A stretch of DNA of 63,204 nt, counting the filler, from Catajapyx aquilonaris (taxonomy: Eukaryota): NCBI GenBank assembly GCA_000934665.2. It is 3 parts of 3 records of this genome, joined end to end, with 100 filler letters (N's around TTAATTAATTAA, not from the genome) between each part and the next. Parts side by side here need not be neighbours in the genome. Positions count along the whole stretch, not along the records: positions 1 to 21,062 come from KZ539488.1; positions 21,163 to 42,092 come from JYFJ02006162.1; 1 more part is not named here. One strand, written 5' to 3'. Positions 14,085 to 28,731 of this stretch are shown one piece after another. The translations under genes and the position numbers were made by a program. The stretch's first letter is position 1. Every line of letters begins with the position of its first letter. The notes under the pieces were generated by a model. It searched no databases, was not told the origin of the DNA, and was given only the letters and a program-made list of their open reading frames with translations.

Positions 14085-14838
14085 GGATTGAATTTTAGAA
14101 GCTTCGTTGCAGTTAACTTATTGTAATCATAAACAACGCATCTCGCCATTCCATCTTTTGCGACAATTTTTTATGTGTCACATTTTAAATGTCGAGACAA
14201 GAAACACTATGACGTTCACTGACGATTTTCTTATATTAGCCTCATATATAGGACCTTATTCGTCGAGTTTGACTGAAAGTTTTAGTCAAATCGACTGAAA
14301 AAGTAGTTTAAGAATTGATCGAGTCAGCGGATCACTCAAAAGGAGGAGTACTATTTCAAGTGGAAGGAGTGAGAACAACTTAGATGGAGCAGAGAATTAC
14401 TCGAAATAATTTAGTGTGGTATACGTTCCAGATAAAGAGCTGGATGCGCGTATTTTTAGAAAATACTTTAGCAGAAAACCAACCCCCCCCCCCCCCCCCA
14501 CCCGGGCTGATTAGAATTTATGCGCGACCGGGTAACCTTTTTACTGATCTTGTGATTACCTGGGCTTTGCGACAATGGCATTTTAATGTCCCCTCCAGGT
14601 AAGAACCCTCTATCCTCGTGTTGGCAACTGTTGGCCCGAGGACTCCCACTCGAGACTTAACACCAAACCCGTTCTCTCTTCCTCCACTTGTGCGGTGCTG
14701 TTAATTGGAACAGGGACTTTAAAGTCCAGAGGGGTTGACATAGAGAGTTCCTCCATGTCTTCCGGATGCGGGGTGCAGGAGAAGGGGGTGGGGTGGGGGA
14801 TGGGGTCGGGGTGGGTGGGTTTAGAGGACCCCCTGCAG

Positions 14839-14991
14839 NNNNNNNNNNNNNNNNNNNNNNNNNNNNNNNNNNNNNNNNNNNNNNNNNNNNNNNNNNNNNN
14901 NNNNNNNNNNNNNNNNNNNNNNNNNNNNNNNNNNNNNNNNNNNNNNNNNNNNNNNNNNNNNNNNNNNNNNNNNNNNNNNNNNNNNNNNNNN
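14839..14991. other. Assembly gap (153 N) flanked by G-rich, G-quadruplex-like sequence
   Basis: Run of N, preceded by ggggtggggtgggggatggggtcggggtgggtggg and followed by a poly-G run. Confidence 0.95.
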
Positions 14992-16458
14992 NGGGGGGGG
15001 ATATTGGTCCTCACAAATTGGAAATGCTGTTTGAAACATGGCAAGCCCAGTGAATTGTTTTGCGACTAGAAAGGCGCAGTGCTGCTGTTTCTGCTGTTGG
15101 TCAAATAAAAGGAGCGGTCCAGGGACATGCACAGAGCCAACTGACCTAATAAATAGTGAGTGAATGGATGAAATGGGGGTTCAAATCAAAGTTTCAGTGA
15201 AATCTGCGGCTCGTGCTCTTATAATGTTTGAGATTAATTATTCGTGGGATATCTACAGTGAAGAATTTGTCCGCCAAATCCCCACTTTTAAAGAGAAGAG
15301 GAGGGATTCCTTTTTGGAATTTTAAATGTAAGGGTCGGGGTTGTATGAGTGTATATTAAGTAAAAATTTCATATGATTATAGCATTCACTGTGCATAATC
15401 GGACTTTTTTCCTTAATTTTTGTTAATACAACCGGTAGCTTCCAAGTGGGTTCTTTTTAACGTGGTGTAGTGTAGAATTTGATGGTGGTCATGCTGTACC
15501 TTCTGGAGGGTTCATTTGTATGTAACAAATGATTGTAACTGCAGGAGTTGCGATTTTTAATTTGGAGACCGGATTTACCCTATTTAACAGTATTTGTTAC
15601 AAACCGCTAAATGTGGGTCCACATTTACATTATTTATGCGCACTGAATAGTTTTGTATTGCACACTAGTTCAATTGCCTTACTACATTGGTTCCGATCCA
15701 ATGTGTTACAGTGCAGGGCGTCAATGACAGGTGTTTCGGCAGAGCGGTTACCTGCGGCCCTATGTGGCCGCAACGCCACGTCAAGTGCAATCCACAAATA
15801 TCTGGAGGCATCAACCGGAACAGTTTGTCACATCAGTGCCAAAATGGCTTCAAAACAATTCCCCTGTACCTCCCACCACTCTGTCATAAAATAAGGCAAA
15901 AAAATAAATCCTATCTGTAGTCACTGCCTATTCCGAATTAGACCTATGTTACCCGTACCCCTTGTAGTCAGATTGCCCCAAAAGGGCTTACATCACATGC
16001 GCTTAACACACACACCCTCCCATGTTTTTGCGCCGTCGCCGTCGTTATCCCCTACCCTCCTCCCTACCTCCATCCCCTCTTTCCCCCACCCCAATTCGCC
16101 ACGTTTTTAGGTGAGCTGTCCTCTCGAGCGCCCGCATTTGACTAGTGGGTCGGATGTGGGTTCTGATGGGGTCTGATTAGTCGGGTCAGGAGTGACTCAA
16201 GATTCCAACAAGTGTACTTTCTTTACTAGCATGTTTATTCGTTGATTCTTGTTATTATTTGATACTGGGGTCGGTTCAAGTGAGAAGTGTTTTAAATTTA
16301 TGTCGTTTTGTCGTGTACAGGGTGGCTTAAAATTCCTTAAATTAATTGTCATTGTGTCTGGTTTGATAGTGCTGAATTTCGGTGTTGCAAAAACTCATTT
16401 TAAACCCTAAATATCAGTGCGCGTAAACCAGGCATAATTTAAGCGAGGAATTCCGCGT

Positions 16459-16523
<65 letters not shown>
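16459..16523. repeat. (TAT)n microsatellite
   Basis: About 21 TAT units. Confidence 0.95.
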
Positions 16524-18312
16524 GGTGTGCAAAGTACGTGTGCTGTGGGCATACATTCAGGCGCTGAGATTAAAGACCGGGAATGTAATTTTTGTCGCGA
16601 GCCCAGCAATTTAAGCCGTTTTCAGTGGCGAAAATTTTGCGCAAACACGCCAACTTTTGGGGGAGGTTTACACAGCTACCCAGCCGTTTTTTTTACCGAC
16701 AGAATCGAATACATTCTAGCCGCGAATCCGTGACAGTCCTCTCTCGTGTCATTCCCGGTCGCAATGTTGACACCAGCTGATGTCTATGCCAGGAACAATC
16801 GATTGTGTTCCAGGGTAAAGTTTGCTGGCCCATCAAGAGTAGCCGAGCAGCAAAATAATATTTTGTAAACGGTTTAGGTGTCAGATGCATATTTAGAGCC
16901 AGTCCATCAATTGATATAGGATGTGCTCATTAATATTGGCATTTCTTGATCGTTAAAAAAATAATTAAACAATATGGTGGGTTTTGAAAATCCAACGATT
17001 AGCAATATTGTTGGGTGTGATATGCCTCTTAATTAACTTGCAGGCACCATGCGTTCATATTTACATAATTGTTATTACGGAGGGGCGTTTTGAAGAGGAT
17101 TGAAATTCCGTGCCTGTCCAAATTGCCTCAGCCAAAAGCGACATGTAAAAATCATTATAGGTAGTGAGTCAAAAGTCTGCTGGTTAAGCCAACTCGTTAA
17201 TATTTCCGAGCCGCTCATGTCAATTAGATCTCTTTAACAACGGTGGGTGGGATTAAAAGTTTGGTAAACGTCCGCAAATTGGCATGGAATATCAAAGTGC
17301 CATCTTGTTTGGAGAATTTAACATCACCTTTAAGCTACACATCGGCAGATATTCTTAACAAAAGGTCTACTAAGCTGGGTATTGCCTTTTATGTCCTTGA
17401 CAGGGAAATAGATACGTAGCAATTTTGGCGATGCTATAAAATAATAATTTAGAGTGCACATATTTTAACAATACAACCGTATGGGGTAGGAAGATCGTTA
17501 GATCCAGCTGGAAGATGAAGCCTACCTCCAGAAATAGTCTCCAGCTTTTTTATGCATGATTTACAGAACTCAAGAGTGCTGCCAGTCACGGAAATGTTAA
17601 TTTTCAACTACATGTTTGAAAAATCCACGGATAGTTTTGAGTTTTTTTGCTTTTTTTGAGAGGTGTGGCACCCGATGTACTGTACCTCTCATAATGAAAG
17701 ATGAAACGTTCGGCAACAGTTACCTTGGGAAATAACCTGCATCTATTGCAGTGTTCCTTGTAAATTGTTAACTGGCTGAGAGGAAAGACGATTCATTAAT
17801 TATGCATAAATATTCACTTTGGAATATTGATTATTAAAAACGGCCAGTTTTGTCCTTGGGCTATCTGGCTGCACTGTATAGGCTTTTTAACAGCTGGGTG
17901 TGATGTACGCATGTGATTACAGTTGGAATTTAATTACAATTTGCAATTGATTTTTGGATTCGTTATTGTTGACTTGTTTTCTTTCCTTTTTTAAAAAAAT
18001 ACGTGTGTTGACTACTTGTGGTGGTGCGAAAAGTTGACGCGCAAAGTATGATTCGATTTTAGCAAACGGATCCGCAGAAAGAAAGAAGAGGGGCCGAGTT
18101 TGTCCGGACGAGTGCTCGCACGCTGACAGCATCATTAAACTTGAGCACCTCCTGGGAAATCATCCTCCGGGTTATTTCTCGCTCTACCGTTGTGTGCAAT
18201 GTAGTAGACTGAGGCGGAGCTGGAAAAAAAAGAAAAAAAAGAACTACAACCGGTTTATCTCCAGAAACTTCCTTGTACCATTTAATCCCGCGAGACAAAA
18301 GGGCTAGCGAAA

Positions 18313-18539
18313 ATGCGCAAAGTTGCGTTGAATTCTCCGCAAAGACTGCACAGCGCTAGTGCTAGCCAGCTGCATAAGAGGGATAGGGGGGTTGGCCCAG
18401 GGGCAGATGTGGGGTCAGGGATTGGGGTGACTGTGACCAACAACGCTGGTGCTGGACGAAGTGCGAGTCTGACCTGCGTGACATCATCCAGCACCCATGC
18501 CGCTGCCAGCTACCTGTACAGCTGCCATCCCGCATACAG
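18313..18539 (+). CDS. Possible orphan coding exon, product unknown
   Basis: ATG at 18313 opens a GC-richer frame MRKVALNSPQRLH...YLYSCHPAYR that ends at a possible CAG|GTATCG donor. No family recognised. Confidence 0.25.
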
Positions 18540-18599
18540 GTATCGTCGAGATGCAATGAAAACAATAGTGTAATTTATACCGAATAAAATGAATACTGG

Positions 18600-19920
18600 T
18601 ATGGTAAGTTCGTATAGCCATAGTTCGTAGCGCAGTTACGCGTCGTTTACGCATGCCGCGGTGCATATATCAGTAGAGCGCCATCTGTTTTTGGGGAATT
18701 GAAGCACCGGATGCGGAACGGCTGGCGCAGCTTCCTTTATTCCGTCCTTCATCTCACTTGGCACGGTTCGATTCCAGGTATTTAGGTCAGGGGGACCATC
18801 AAAGGCGGACGTAGATCGGCCGTATTGTAACGATTGCCAATAAGGTTGGTGTTGATGACAGTATCAAATGCAGCTTATAATCATCGAGGTTCAAATTGAC
18901 GTCGATTTCCTCTTCTCCAATCTCTGTAGGCCTACCCATCCTCCTTTGAACAGACCTGGATATCTCGTCTGTTCCTGTTGGATAAGACTGTTCAATTAAA
19001 GACGATTTACCTAAGGTTGTTTTCAGATTTTAACGAAAATTGTGTCGCGACGGTAATGGAAATGGAAGAAACATATTTACTTTGGGTATACGTACAGTGC
19101 ACGATAACCGTATTTCCGAGTACAATGCACCCTTGGATGGATGAAGCGGGTGAGGGGTGACGGAGTGTTTATTCCCTCTGGAACTAACCTAGCCAATGCT
19201 GCCGGATAGGGTGTTCGTATCGGAAAACTGTGCAAACTACTACACTTATTCACATTTCGGTGACCTCTTTGTATACGTATTATGCCGAGAACTGCGTAGT
19301 TCCCAAAGTACAGTGATACCTGTTTTAAGTTTTTGAATGAGTTTCTATACGGAACTGCTGGCTCAGATTCCACAGTTCCGTCCTTCATCTCACTTGGCAC
19401 GGCTCGATTCCGGGTATTTAGGTTAGCGAGCTCATCATCATGGAATAGCCAGGATCAGCCCCCGCTGTTTTGCCAATAAGTCCGGTTATTGGTGACAGTT
19501 TCTGATAACGAGTTAGATCTTTGGAACGGCCTCATCTTGGCGAATGGAGAAATAAATGGGGGTTGGACGCGCTCCACATTCGAATCGTTCCCTGGCGACG
19601 TTTCCAATACCTCAGTAAGACTGGTGGTTAATATTGAATGGGTGCACAATTTTTGTTATATTTTTTGTGCTATCACCACCCACTCCGTTCACTCCCATAG
19701 CCCTCATCTCCTCTACCGTTATCCAGTACCAAGGACCATATCGATTTTTGGTCTTGACCGAAATCCATGCCGCACCAGATGCTGTGGTCCGTTTCATGTG
19801 TCATTTTGCGCTATTGTGGTGGGGGTAGGTAGTGCCTTTCTTTATATTCTAGTGCCATCTTGTAGCAGGGAGGCTGTACTGTGCAGCCAAAGTATTAAAA
19901 TTGCGATCACATACGAGCAT
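18600..19920 (-). pseudogene. Degraded ORF remnant containing two diverged paralogous segments; family unknown, possibly an endogenous viral element
   Basis: A 48-bp direct repeat (18740-18787 and 19376-19423, 46/48 identical) sits inside the paralogous peptides YWQ...NLNTRNRAVPSEMKDGTVESEPAVP and YWQ...DLNTWNRTVPSEMKDGIKEAAPAVP. Stops and frameshifts occur throughout. Confidence 0.5.
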
Positions 19921-21062
19921 AAAATGCGCGAACGTTTAGGACTCGTAATACAAAAGAGGTAAAATGTACACCAACATATGCGACGAGAGTATGTACTGTA
20001 CGAGTACGAACGCAAGTTTTTCCAGATTTCTGGATTTTCTGTGCACAAAATCTGGCATCAACATACGTAGAAATCGTTGAATAAGCGCATATTTCGTCAA
20101 ATGTTGAATTTTCCCAATATCACCAATTTCCGGAGAAAAAGCGAGCTTTGCTGCTCCAAATACCGCCGCATCCCGACTTACCGAGTGTTTTACGGCCGCA
20201 TTTCCGCGTCAGTTGGCCAGAACTGCCCCGCAAATGGTGTGCCAGGCCTGCAGCAAGGGGCACGGACATATTTGGACCTATCCCGGGGCGAAAGAGACAG
20301 GGGTAAGGTATGTTCTCAAGCTCGCGAGAAACTGTCTAAGCGAAAGCGTGAACCGTTGAATCTATGCGGACTACTCCACGGACCAATTGGGTTCTAGAAT
20401 TTGCTTCATGCTCACGCTTTCTCGCGAGCCTTTAGGTGACAGTTTTGAAACGGGCCCGACTGGATATTTGTTTCACGTGTGATATGCTCATCCAACCCGA
20501 CTCCCATCTATGCGAGAATTTTCGGAAATACTACGCCCCTTTGAAAGTGCCCTTAATATATTCGGAATCACCGACTAGCAAGGGATTAATTAGAACGGTG
20601 GTCTATGATAAACTTGAACTTGTGCAGGGAAAAAAAACACCAGAAGTTCCACTTAATCAACTACACCTCCAAAGTACAAGGTGCAGTCATTAAGTTCGAA
20701 GCCCGAATTAAATCTCGGCTCCCATTTAACATATCACGGCCAAATATTTATGGCACATCGAGAGACTCTTCAGGGTGCAGAGGAAAAAAAATTAGGGGGC
20801 TGGCTCATATTCGATAATAGTTCTGGTCGTTTTCCCGAGAGGGCGCGCGGGAGTTCGGCGATGAGAATAAATAACACAAAATGGCGCCCGAGCGGAGGTT
20901 TGAGGAGCAACGCAACTCAATCAAATTTTGTGTGTTGCTGGGCCATACTCCCCAGGAAACACTGGGCATGTTGAGGAAGGCGTACGGCTAATGTGCTGCT
21001 CTCTCATGGCCGGCTGTAAAAAAGTGGCATCGGCGTCTCGACTAGTGATGGGCCGCCCGCTG

Positions 21063-21162
21063 NNNNNNNNNNNNNNNNNNNNNNNNNNNNNNNNNNNNNN
21101 NNNNNNTTAATTAATTAANNNNNNNNNNNNNNNNNNNNNNNNNNNNNNNNNNNNNNNNNNNN
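21063..21162. other. Artificial contig-joining linker
   Basis: N44-TTAATTAATTAA-N44, exactly 100 bp; the 12-mer puts stop codons in all six frames. Confidence 0.97.
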
Positions 21163-24100
21163 CTCCTTCACGTCACTTGGCAACAGATGAGAGAGAACTG
21201 TCTCGTCTCGGAACATTACGGCTCACTCTGGTTAATTGCGTTTCTTTACAATTTCCCTCATGCCCGATCAAGGTGCGAAATAAATGGGCAAACTTCTCTA
21301 CCACCCCCACCTGCTGGTCTAGAATTAGGATGGAGGAAAGGTCCATCAAGAAACCCAACGAGGCGCGGTTGGTCGCCCAGATGAATTGGGGCTGTCTTGA
21401 TTAGTAAGTGTTTTTTTGGGGGGGTTGCTTTGGTAGGGGTCCAAGGGTGTGGCCGCCTTATGTGCAGGAACTGATGAGAGAGGCATATTGCATCCAGACG
21501 GCATGTAAATGACTGGGACATATCCTGCCCACTGATGCGGGAGTGTATCAGAGTTACATAACTATAGGGAATTCATCAGGTGGGGAGAAGTTGGACGAAT
21601 ATTCAAATGTTTTGAGGCACCTTGTACATGCAAGGTGATTTATTTCAGTATGCAGGGAATTTTTTTTAGCGAATTGCATTCTGGGGCTATATACATAAGC
21701 ATCCAGCAATAAGGACCCTGTATATTCCCCTTTTTGACATTAATTTGAATCACTTTAAAACTGATAACACATGCCAATGGGAGCAGGTGTACAAGTATAT
21801 GGAAAAGGGTAGTATCTGAGATGCGGAAATATTTTCTCCTATTGCATGGAAGTGATTAAGTTCATTATTGTAGACATTCGGGTGATTTAAATATGTGAAA
21901 GTTGAAGTTTAAAACTAACCTCTTTTGTACACCTGTTAACATGAATCAGCTGCGTTTTAAGTGGTCCAAATTAATGAATAAGGCGGCATGGTATAATTCT
22001 TTCAGGTAATGCAGAAACGACAATGCATCAATATGTCCCATAAAATTACACGAAAGTGTTAGAGCAGGTGTCTACACAAATTCTGTACAATTCTGTACCT
22101 TCGTAGTACGTCTTGTGCAGCAGGCTTCCGTGCACACCACTCTTTTCTAGTGTCATGTTTTTGTGTCGGCACAACCACAGCGTCGCTTTCCTGTCGTGTG
22201 TATATAAAGTGCTACGGACGTACAGTAGATGAAGCACACGCCAAGGTGTGTCACGTATTGGGAATGTTAATGAATACGCACCATGTGTAAAACCATAAAC
22301 TTGCGCCGTCTAGATTATTAACGACCGTATAATCCCAGGTAAAAGAACGAGCAAGTCGATATAATATGCAGTATTTCATGTCCTTTTGTGGTACAGGTGC
22401 TCTCTTCTTACTATGTAACACTGTAGCGTGTGAATACTGGATATTTTTTTTCATCGCGACTCTTAAATTTGACCCTTTAGATTTGCAGTGTGCGCGGCAA
22501 GTTTTGCTGATAAAATGCGCAATAAAACTGTCCAAGGTTAGAGGACGTAAAATACGACAACGTTATATATGCGAAGTTGATATACCGGTATGCGGGTGCC
22601 GTAAATTATAAGCTGTTTGAGACATATTTACAGCAGTACCCGATAATTTTTTTACCTTAATTTACACGAAACAAAGTAACAGCAACTATGTTGAACTGAC
22701 AATTAGTAATAAATCAAGTTTTGACTTTTTTAAATGAAACATTTAGAATTCCTCTTTTGCCATGCCAATTTATTATTTTAAGTTACAGTAATGAAATAAC
22801 AATTTGCTTGTACACTCTGTACAATTAGACAGTATATGATGTAGCTTATACAGCATTTGCTTCTAAAAATGCAGATATGACTGGTGAGATATGTATCCTG
22901 ATATGTCCAGGATTGTAGATGAACTCTACTGTTAGAGTGCGATTAAAATTCTATTTATTTCATGCCAAAATTACATATTACAATCATAAATGCGCAATGG
23001 AATTAATGAGACGTAATTAACGTCGATAGAACATTAGTAAAATAGGGTTCAGATTATCCAGTATTAGTATCCTGATATGAATGGGAAATATTTGTGTGTG
23101 GAGTCCACGACAGGTTATTAATTTATGTTTACTGGTACACAGATAATTGAATTCAACCGAACAGTTTTAATTAACTTGCACATGTGAGATATGTGCTCAG
23201 TGATATTCCGCTTATTAGATACGCTTGAAAAGCTTCACAATCATATTCTAAGCTACACTGAAAATTAATCACATCAGTTGCATTACATAATTATTTCCAA
23301 CAGAAGGATCTTGAAGACTCTTGTTTTCTTACTTGTTCTGAAATTTATTTAGGAGGCTGCAATATTATCTATCAGATATGTGACCAATGGAAAGTATAAC
23401 CCTTCTAAGATTATAATATTATTAAGCCATGCCTCTCCCAATTTTGAGCAGATTTTGTGCAGGTGATATTGTGCACGTTGTTTATCCCACTGGAGTGCGT
23501 GATTTCAAAAATTCTGACACTCTAATAAGCTTCGGGTAATGTTATGTCGAATTCGTTACAAATACATGGTTAGTTGAGTGCAGTTGGAGAAAAATCGCTC
23601 ATAGTCATAACATGCAGGAAATAATCGTGAATAACTGCCTCTACTTTATATTTTAACTCGGTTAACTGTGACATTTTTTGTTGAAAATGTGTCCTGGTGC
23701 CTGTCAAAGAAGTCAAATGCCTGTAAATAATTTTTTATCCAATGAGGAACAGATGACAAGATACCAGTTATATTTTAGCTGCAGTGGAATTGGAACAAAA
23801 TGACCTAATATAACTAAGACTAGATAATAATATTGTAGAATAACGTACATTATTGAAAGTATCGTCCATCCAGTAGCATTTTGCTTTTTAAAAACAAAAG
23901 GTTATAACAGGTGTCTAATTATGTTATGAATCAATCGGCGCTGTTGGTGTATGATAATTTTGTTGACACTAGATCTCGTTTAGGTCAATGGGTCTCGTGC
24001 ATCAAATGTATAATTATGGGGTATGTGTCTTGTCGCTAGTACATTGGCCAAGCAGTACATATTACGAGTGTAATAATTGCTTAAGAAGTGTGCTTCCAAG

Positions 24101-27100
24101 ATTATATTTATCACTTTTCAAAAGAATACATCTGTAGATGATATTATTATTAATTATGCAAGTACATATGATTAGGCAATTTTCTGGCCTCTGGTAATGT
24201 TACGGAAAATTATGTGCAAAATGTCGCATCAGTATGTAAATTACAATAATGTTTGCAGAAGCATGTATGAATTGTGCCATAGTATATATTAGAAATTTCC
24301 TAATAACTAATATTCTTAAGTAAATTTGGCACGAATTTTATTTCTGACAGGAAAATTGTTGGAAGAATTGTGATGTACTACCTAAAAGTATTTGGGACTT
24401 CGGTTACTGATTCAGTGACGCTAAATTAAGACATTTCCAAGAGTATCTTAGCAACTTTTAAACGTATAATTCCTGAGGCACTGGGTCAATGACAAGAAAT
24501 GAGTTTTATACTTTTAACGTTTATACACATCCTGCGGTGGAGACAGTCCATCTATGACACGCGTCACGAGAAAGATTTATAGGAATTTTGCAAAACTTAC
24601 AATCTATTCCTAATACATACTGCCTTCCATTTTAGAAATGTCTTGTTATAAGTTTGAAGTAATATACGAAAGATGCAGGAGGCTTGTTGAGCTTTTCACA
24701 CTAATATTTTGGGTGAACATCGTCAGTGCGCCAAGTAGAGAAGTAAGAAAATAGAATTGCAGTGGAGAATTGAGCTGATATGGGCATATGGTGATGCGGG
24801 AACTGACGAATCAATTTTTCCAAAGAATACAGTCTACCATTAGACACTATCGTTTGAACCGCGCGCAATAATTTTTAGTGGAGGTTATTCTTAATAATGT
24901 TACTTGTAGATAAAGAAGTGAAGTTGAATTTTCCATATCCATTTTGGAATTGGCAGTGTCCTGAGTTTGAAATTCAAAAACTTAATTTTTTTCACGAATG
25001 GGCACAGGTGCTAGGAATCTTCAATAATTTATGTCAGCCTTCCTGGATATACCGTACAGTATAGCTGACCCCGTCCAATTTTTAGCTCTGAGTTTGTATT
25101 GTTTACTAAAACGGTTATTTAAGGACACTGACGTGCGAAGGAACCTAGCTGCCCAGTGTGATATTCCTTCAAATGAGGACATATTGAAATTGGCAAGCAT
25201 ATAGCTCACAAACATGCAGGGAAGTCAACAACTCACGGAGTTGCTTCAAGTAGGGCGTTATCTTGCCATATTCTGAGACCAAAACACGGATAATTCTTTG
25301 ATCAGAGGCTTAATTACGGGGTGTGGCGGAAATTCTGTCTTCCATTATGTTGCCATTGGAAGTATATTAACCACCCGTTTCAAAAAGTACCGTTTGGTGG
25401 TAAAAAGTTTCTCAGAAATTCTCCTAAAACCTAGCACAGTAGCATGATTGCAGCGATCTGTATAACTACGTAATGCTGTGCACAAACATCATCCGGATCG
25501 AAGCATATAATTATCTAAGTGTGGTATCAGATTTGGTAGGCCAATGTCGACAACACCCACCGCCATTGCCTATTCCTTCATCTCTTTGTCTCTCCTTATA
25601 GTCTCTCTCCTGCCAAAATTTTCAGGAGATGACAAAACAAGAGAAGGTCACTCGGTACAAGGTCTGGGCCATGATCTGGACTGTATGAAAATGTCTCACT
25701 TGAATTGTTGGACAGTACCTCACTGCACATGTTAGCCCTTACACGGGCATTGCTCAAAGTCTCGGACAGTGTTGTTCAAGTGAAGAATTTTTAACAACTA
25801 GACAATGGTCCATGCAGTCAATTGTTTCGCCATGTCTGAAAATTATTTGGCTGGCGAGGACCTATAAAGTGGCCAAGAGAGGAAAGGATATAGTTTTGGC
25901 CAGGAGAGTGTTCCGCTTACGAAATATGGTACCCCAATTTTAAACCTAATGCTATCTGCATGTTGTGTTTGTGTCCAGTAGTAGCTAGAGATAAGTGCTA
26001 AGATGTGGCTATGTCGATTTTTCACGAATATTCTGACAATTTTATGACTAAACGGTATTTACTTTTTAAACGCGGTAATATGTATAGGAAATAACCAGCA
26101 AGGCACAACAACCTTTTAGCAATAGTGATATGCCCTGCAAGTGTTTCCTTTACTCTTGCAATGATGACATGATCAAAAGCGAATTTTCGTCATGCACCGT
26201 AGTTATGCTTTCTAGATATGAAAATGTTTTAGACTTAGGTTAAGGCCAGGAATCGCCTTACCTAAAGCGAATCCGACACTTTCTTACCCCCCTGTAATGT
26301 TAGTTAACAATATGCAACTAAAAATTTGATTACTTCTACCAGTGCCATAAAACGGGAAAAAATATGCACATCTTGTCACCTACTTTGGCCATGGGAAAGG
26401 TAAAGAAATGATAATTCACTACATTTTGAGCACTCTCGCCATTATTTTTTTTTCTCAATGTAGATGTCAATTTACTAGGTAGCCCTGTTAAAAACCTTTC
26501 GCAGTGAAAAAAATTCAGCAACAAGAAAAGAATCCTCCACAGAAATGGAAAATGAAAATAACTTGTTGGATAAAAGACCCAAAAATACACGCTCTCATTT
26601 CTCCCAGAGACAATCTCAGACACAAGATCCATTGAATATGTCTTCATTGGCACATGTCAGATTTAAAAAAAAATGTAACTGTTGTTTGACAGATGGACTC
26701 TACTGTTGAAATATATCTATGATGAGGAATGGTTTTTGAGGGGCTGAATTTTCACCATTGCAGACACATTCGAAAACATCATGTGCGTTTTAGGTTGATC
26801 TCTGGTACTGCAATGAGGTTCAAATGTACCCTTCTCACGTATGTACCCTATAATGTTGGTGTAGACTGGGAGATAGACATAAAGTTGCATTGGCAGATCT
26901 TGTAGACGAATTTAGGATTGCAAAAGGCGATTCGAAAGCGTAGCCATATTTCTATGAGAAGTTAGTATGATATGTGTAGTACCTGTAAATATATTCCTGA
27001 CTAATTCATTTTAAGTTTCCATTATTTTCATACTTGGATGTAGCCTACGTATGTTTTTGAAAGTTTATTTATTTATTTATATTGTATCAACCGTGGGCAA

Positions 27101-28731
27101 ATTTGAGGGCGCGTGCCATCGAGGCTATTCACTTCCACATTAATTCGCTCACAATTTCACAGAGGTCAGAATGATAAAGTGTTGTAATGCTAGACCATGT
27201 TGACCAAGGTTCGCAAGAGTCAATGACCCTCCCTATTCCAATCAAAGAACTAACTTCTGCAAGAAGGGTTTGCTGCTTGATAAGCAACCTCGTTTGCACT
27301 GCTGGTCCCAAATGAAGCACCGTTAGGCACAAGCATATCGACAGTAGCTAATCCCCATTCCGTGAAATGAAGGCATTTTAGCCCGGCACATCCCATGTTA
27401 TTCATAGCTCGTCCGGTCCATTATGCAACACAGGGTACTCGACCTCTCTTGCGCATTGCGCGCAGCAGGAGGGAAAGTATTTTGCGGTCTATGGAGAAAT
27501 TTTTGCGTGCCGTAACGTCGGTGTTACGTGTACGAGTGCTATAGTCTTCGTAATCTAAGGGTCACCTTTATAGCATAGAAAACCAATAAGTATTGTTTTA
27601 ATAGTTTCCCCAAATAAATTGTAACGTAAATCCCACAGCTGATGTGGCCAAATGAAAATGGACATCCTTGTACCTGTTTCTGAAGCAGTGTTACGACGAC
27701 TTTGATGTCCGTTTTCCATCAGAAGTCAAGTAGGCTACATAAATGCCCTACTCCTGGTAGGTTGCTCATTGATGCCTTGGATATCTTCCAATGAGAACTT
27801 TTCCCCCATAAGAAGAGATTATATGCTCAAGAAACTGCCTCCCACAATAGGGACATTAAAAACAAATTCAGGTGGAAGAAGTGCATCAGTGTCCCCGCAG
27901 CACACCTCGAAAAATGAATAAGGATGGTTGATTTTAAATGGCTACCTCAGTTGGAGCATTTACATTAAAGTAAATATGCAGTATATTTAAAAAACCTACA
28001 CTTGTTGCCCTTCCATTGTATACGTATATGATATTAATCGTGCTGATGGTTGTTGGACTGGCATGATTGTTTCAATTTCCTTTGCCCTGGCAGTAACATA
28101 TGTTGACCATGTTAATATAAATAGCCCTCGGTATACTGAAACGAGTTGTGTTAACTGCCTCGTTGTGCTGATTATTATAATGGAGTAATCAATCTGTTTT
28201 ATCATTTTGTAACAAAACTACAACATTTATGTAACCTGCACTTCATAATAATAATAATTGGTTACCCTGTGATAGGTCAACCTGCACTTCATAATAAATA
28301 CTACATGTTCTTTTTAATATATGAATATTTGAGGACCGGTAATTACACATGTTTGAATGATTCCTGTAATAAATGTACTTATAATGTTATAATAATTAGC
28401 TGATATTAACTGCAATGCCACGTAATCATCAAGATAATGCAATATGCCTCTCTTCAACTATCTACCACTCTATATAGCAGCAAATGAAACTTAATTTAGA
28501 GGGAATACCACGGCTGTGATTAAGCAATTTCATCGCCATTATCTTGCCATTAATTGTTCTTCAGTTGAAGCGATCACTATATTTTAAATGAAATTTTGTG
28601 TGCATATCATTCTAGGCCTGCGTAAATCCATTTGGCGTTGCCACAGGAAGCACCAAAACGTTTTGGAAGACTAATACTTAAGTTTTCCTTATTTTCTTTT
28701 GCTTCGTAAGAAACATGCACATTAACAAATT

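Noticed and set aside
14610..15132. ORFs spanning the 153-N gap, and those crossing the linkers
   Set aside because: Their length is inflated by Ns. The flanking Pro/Gly-rich peptides reflect G/C tracts and show no family motif.
26700..26960. Possible hAT transposase C-terminal remnant (FS.L..IR...RL, DLVDEF)
   Set aside because: The resemblance is spread over different frames and is too weak to call without a search.
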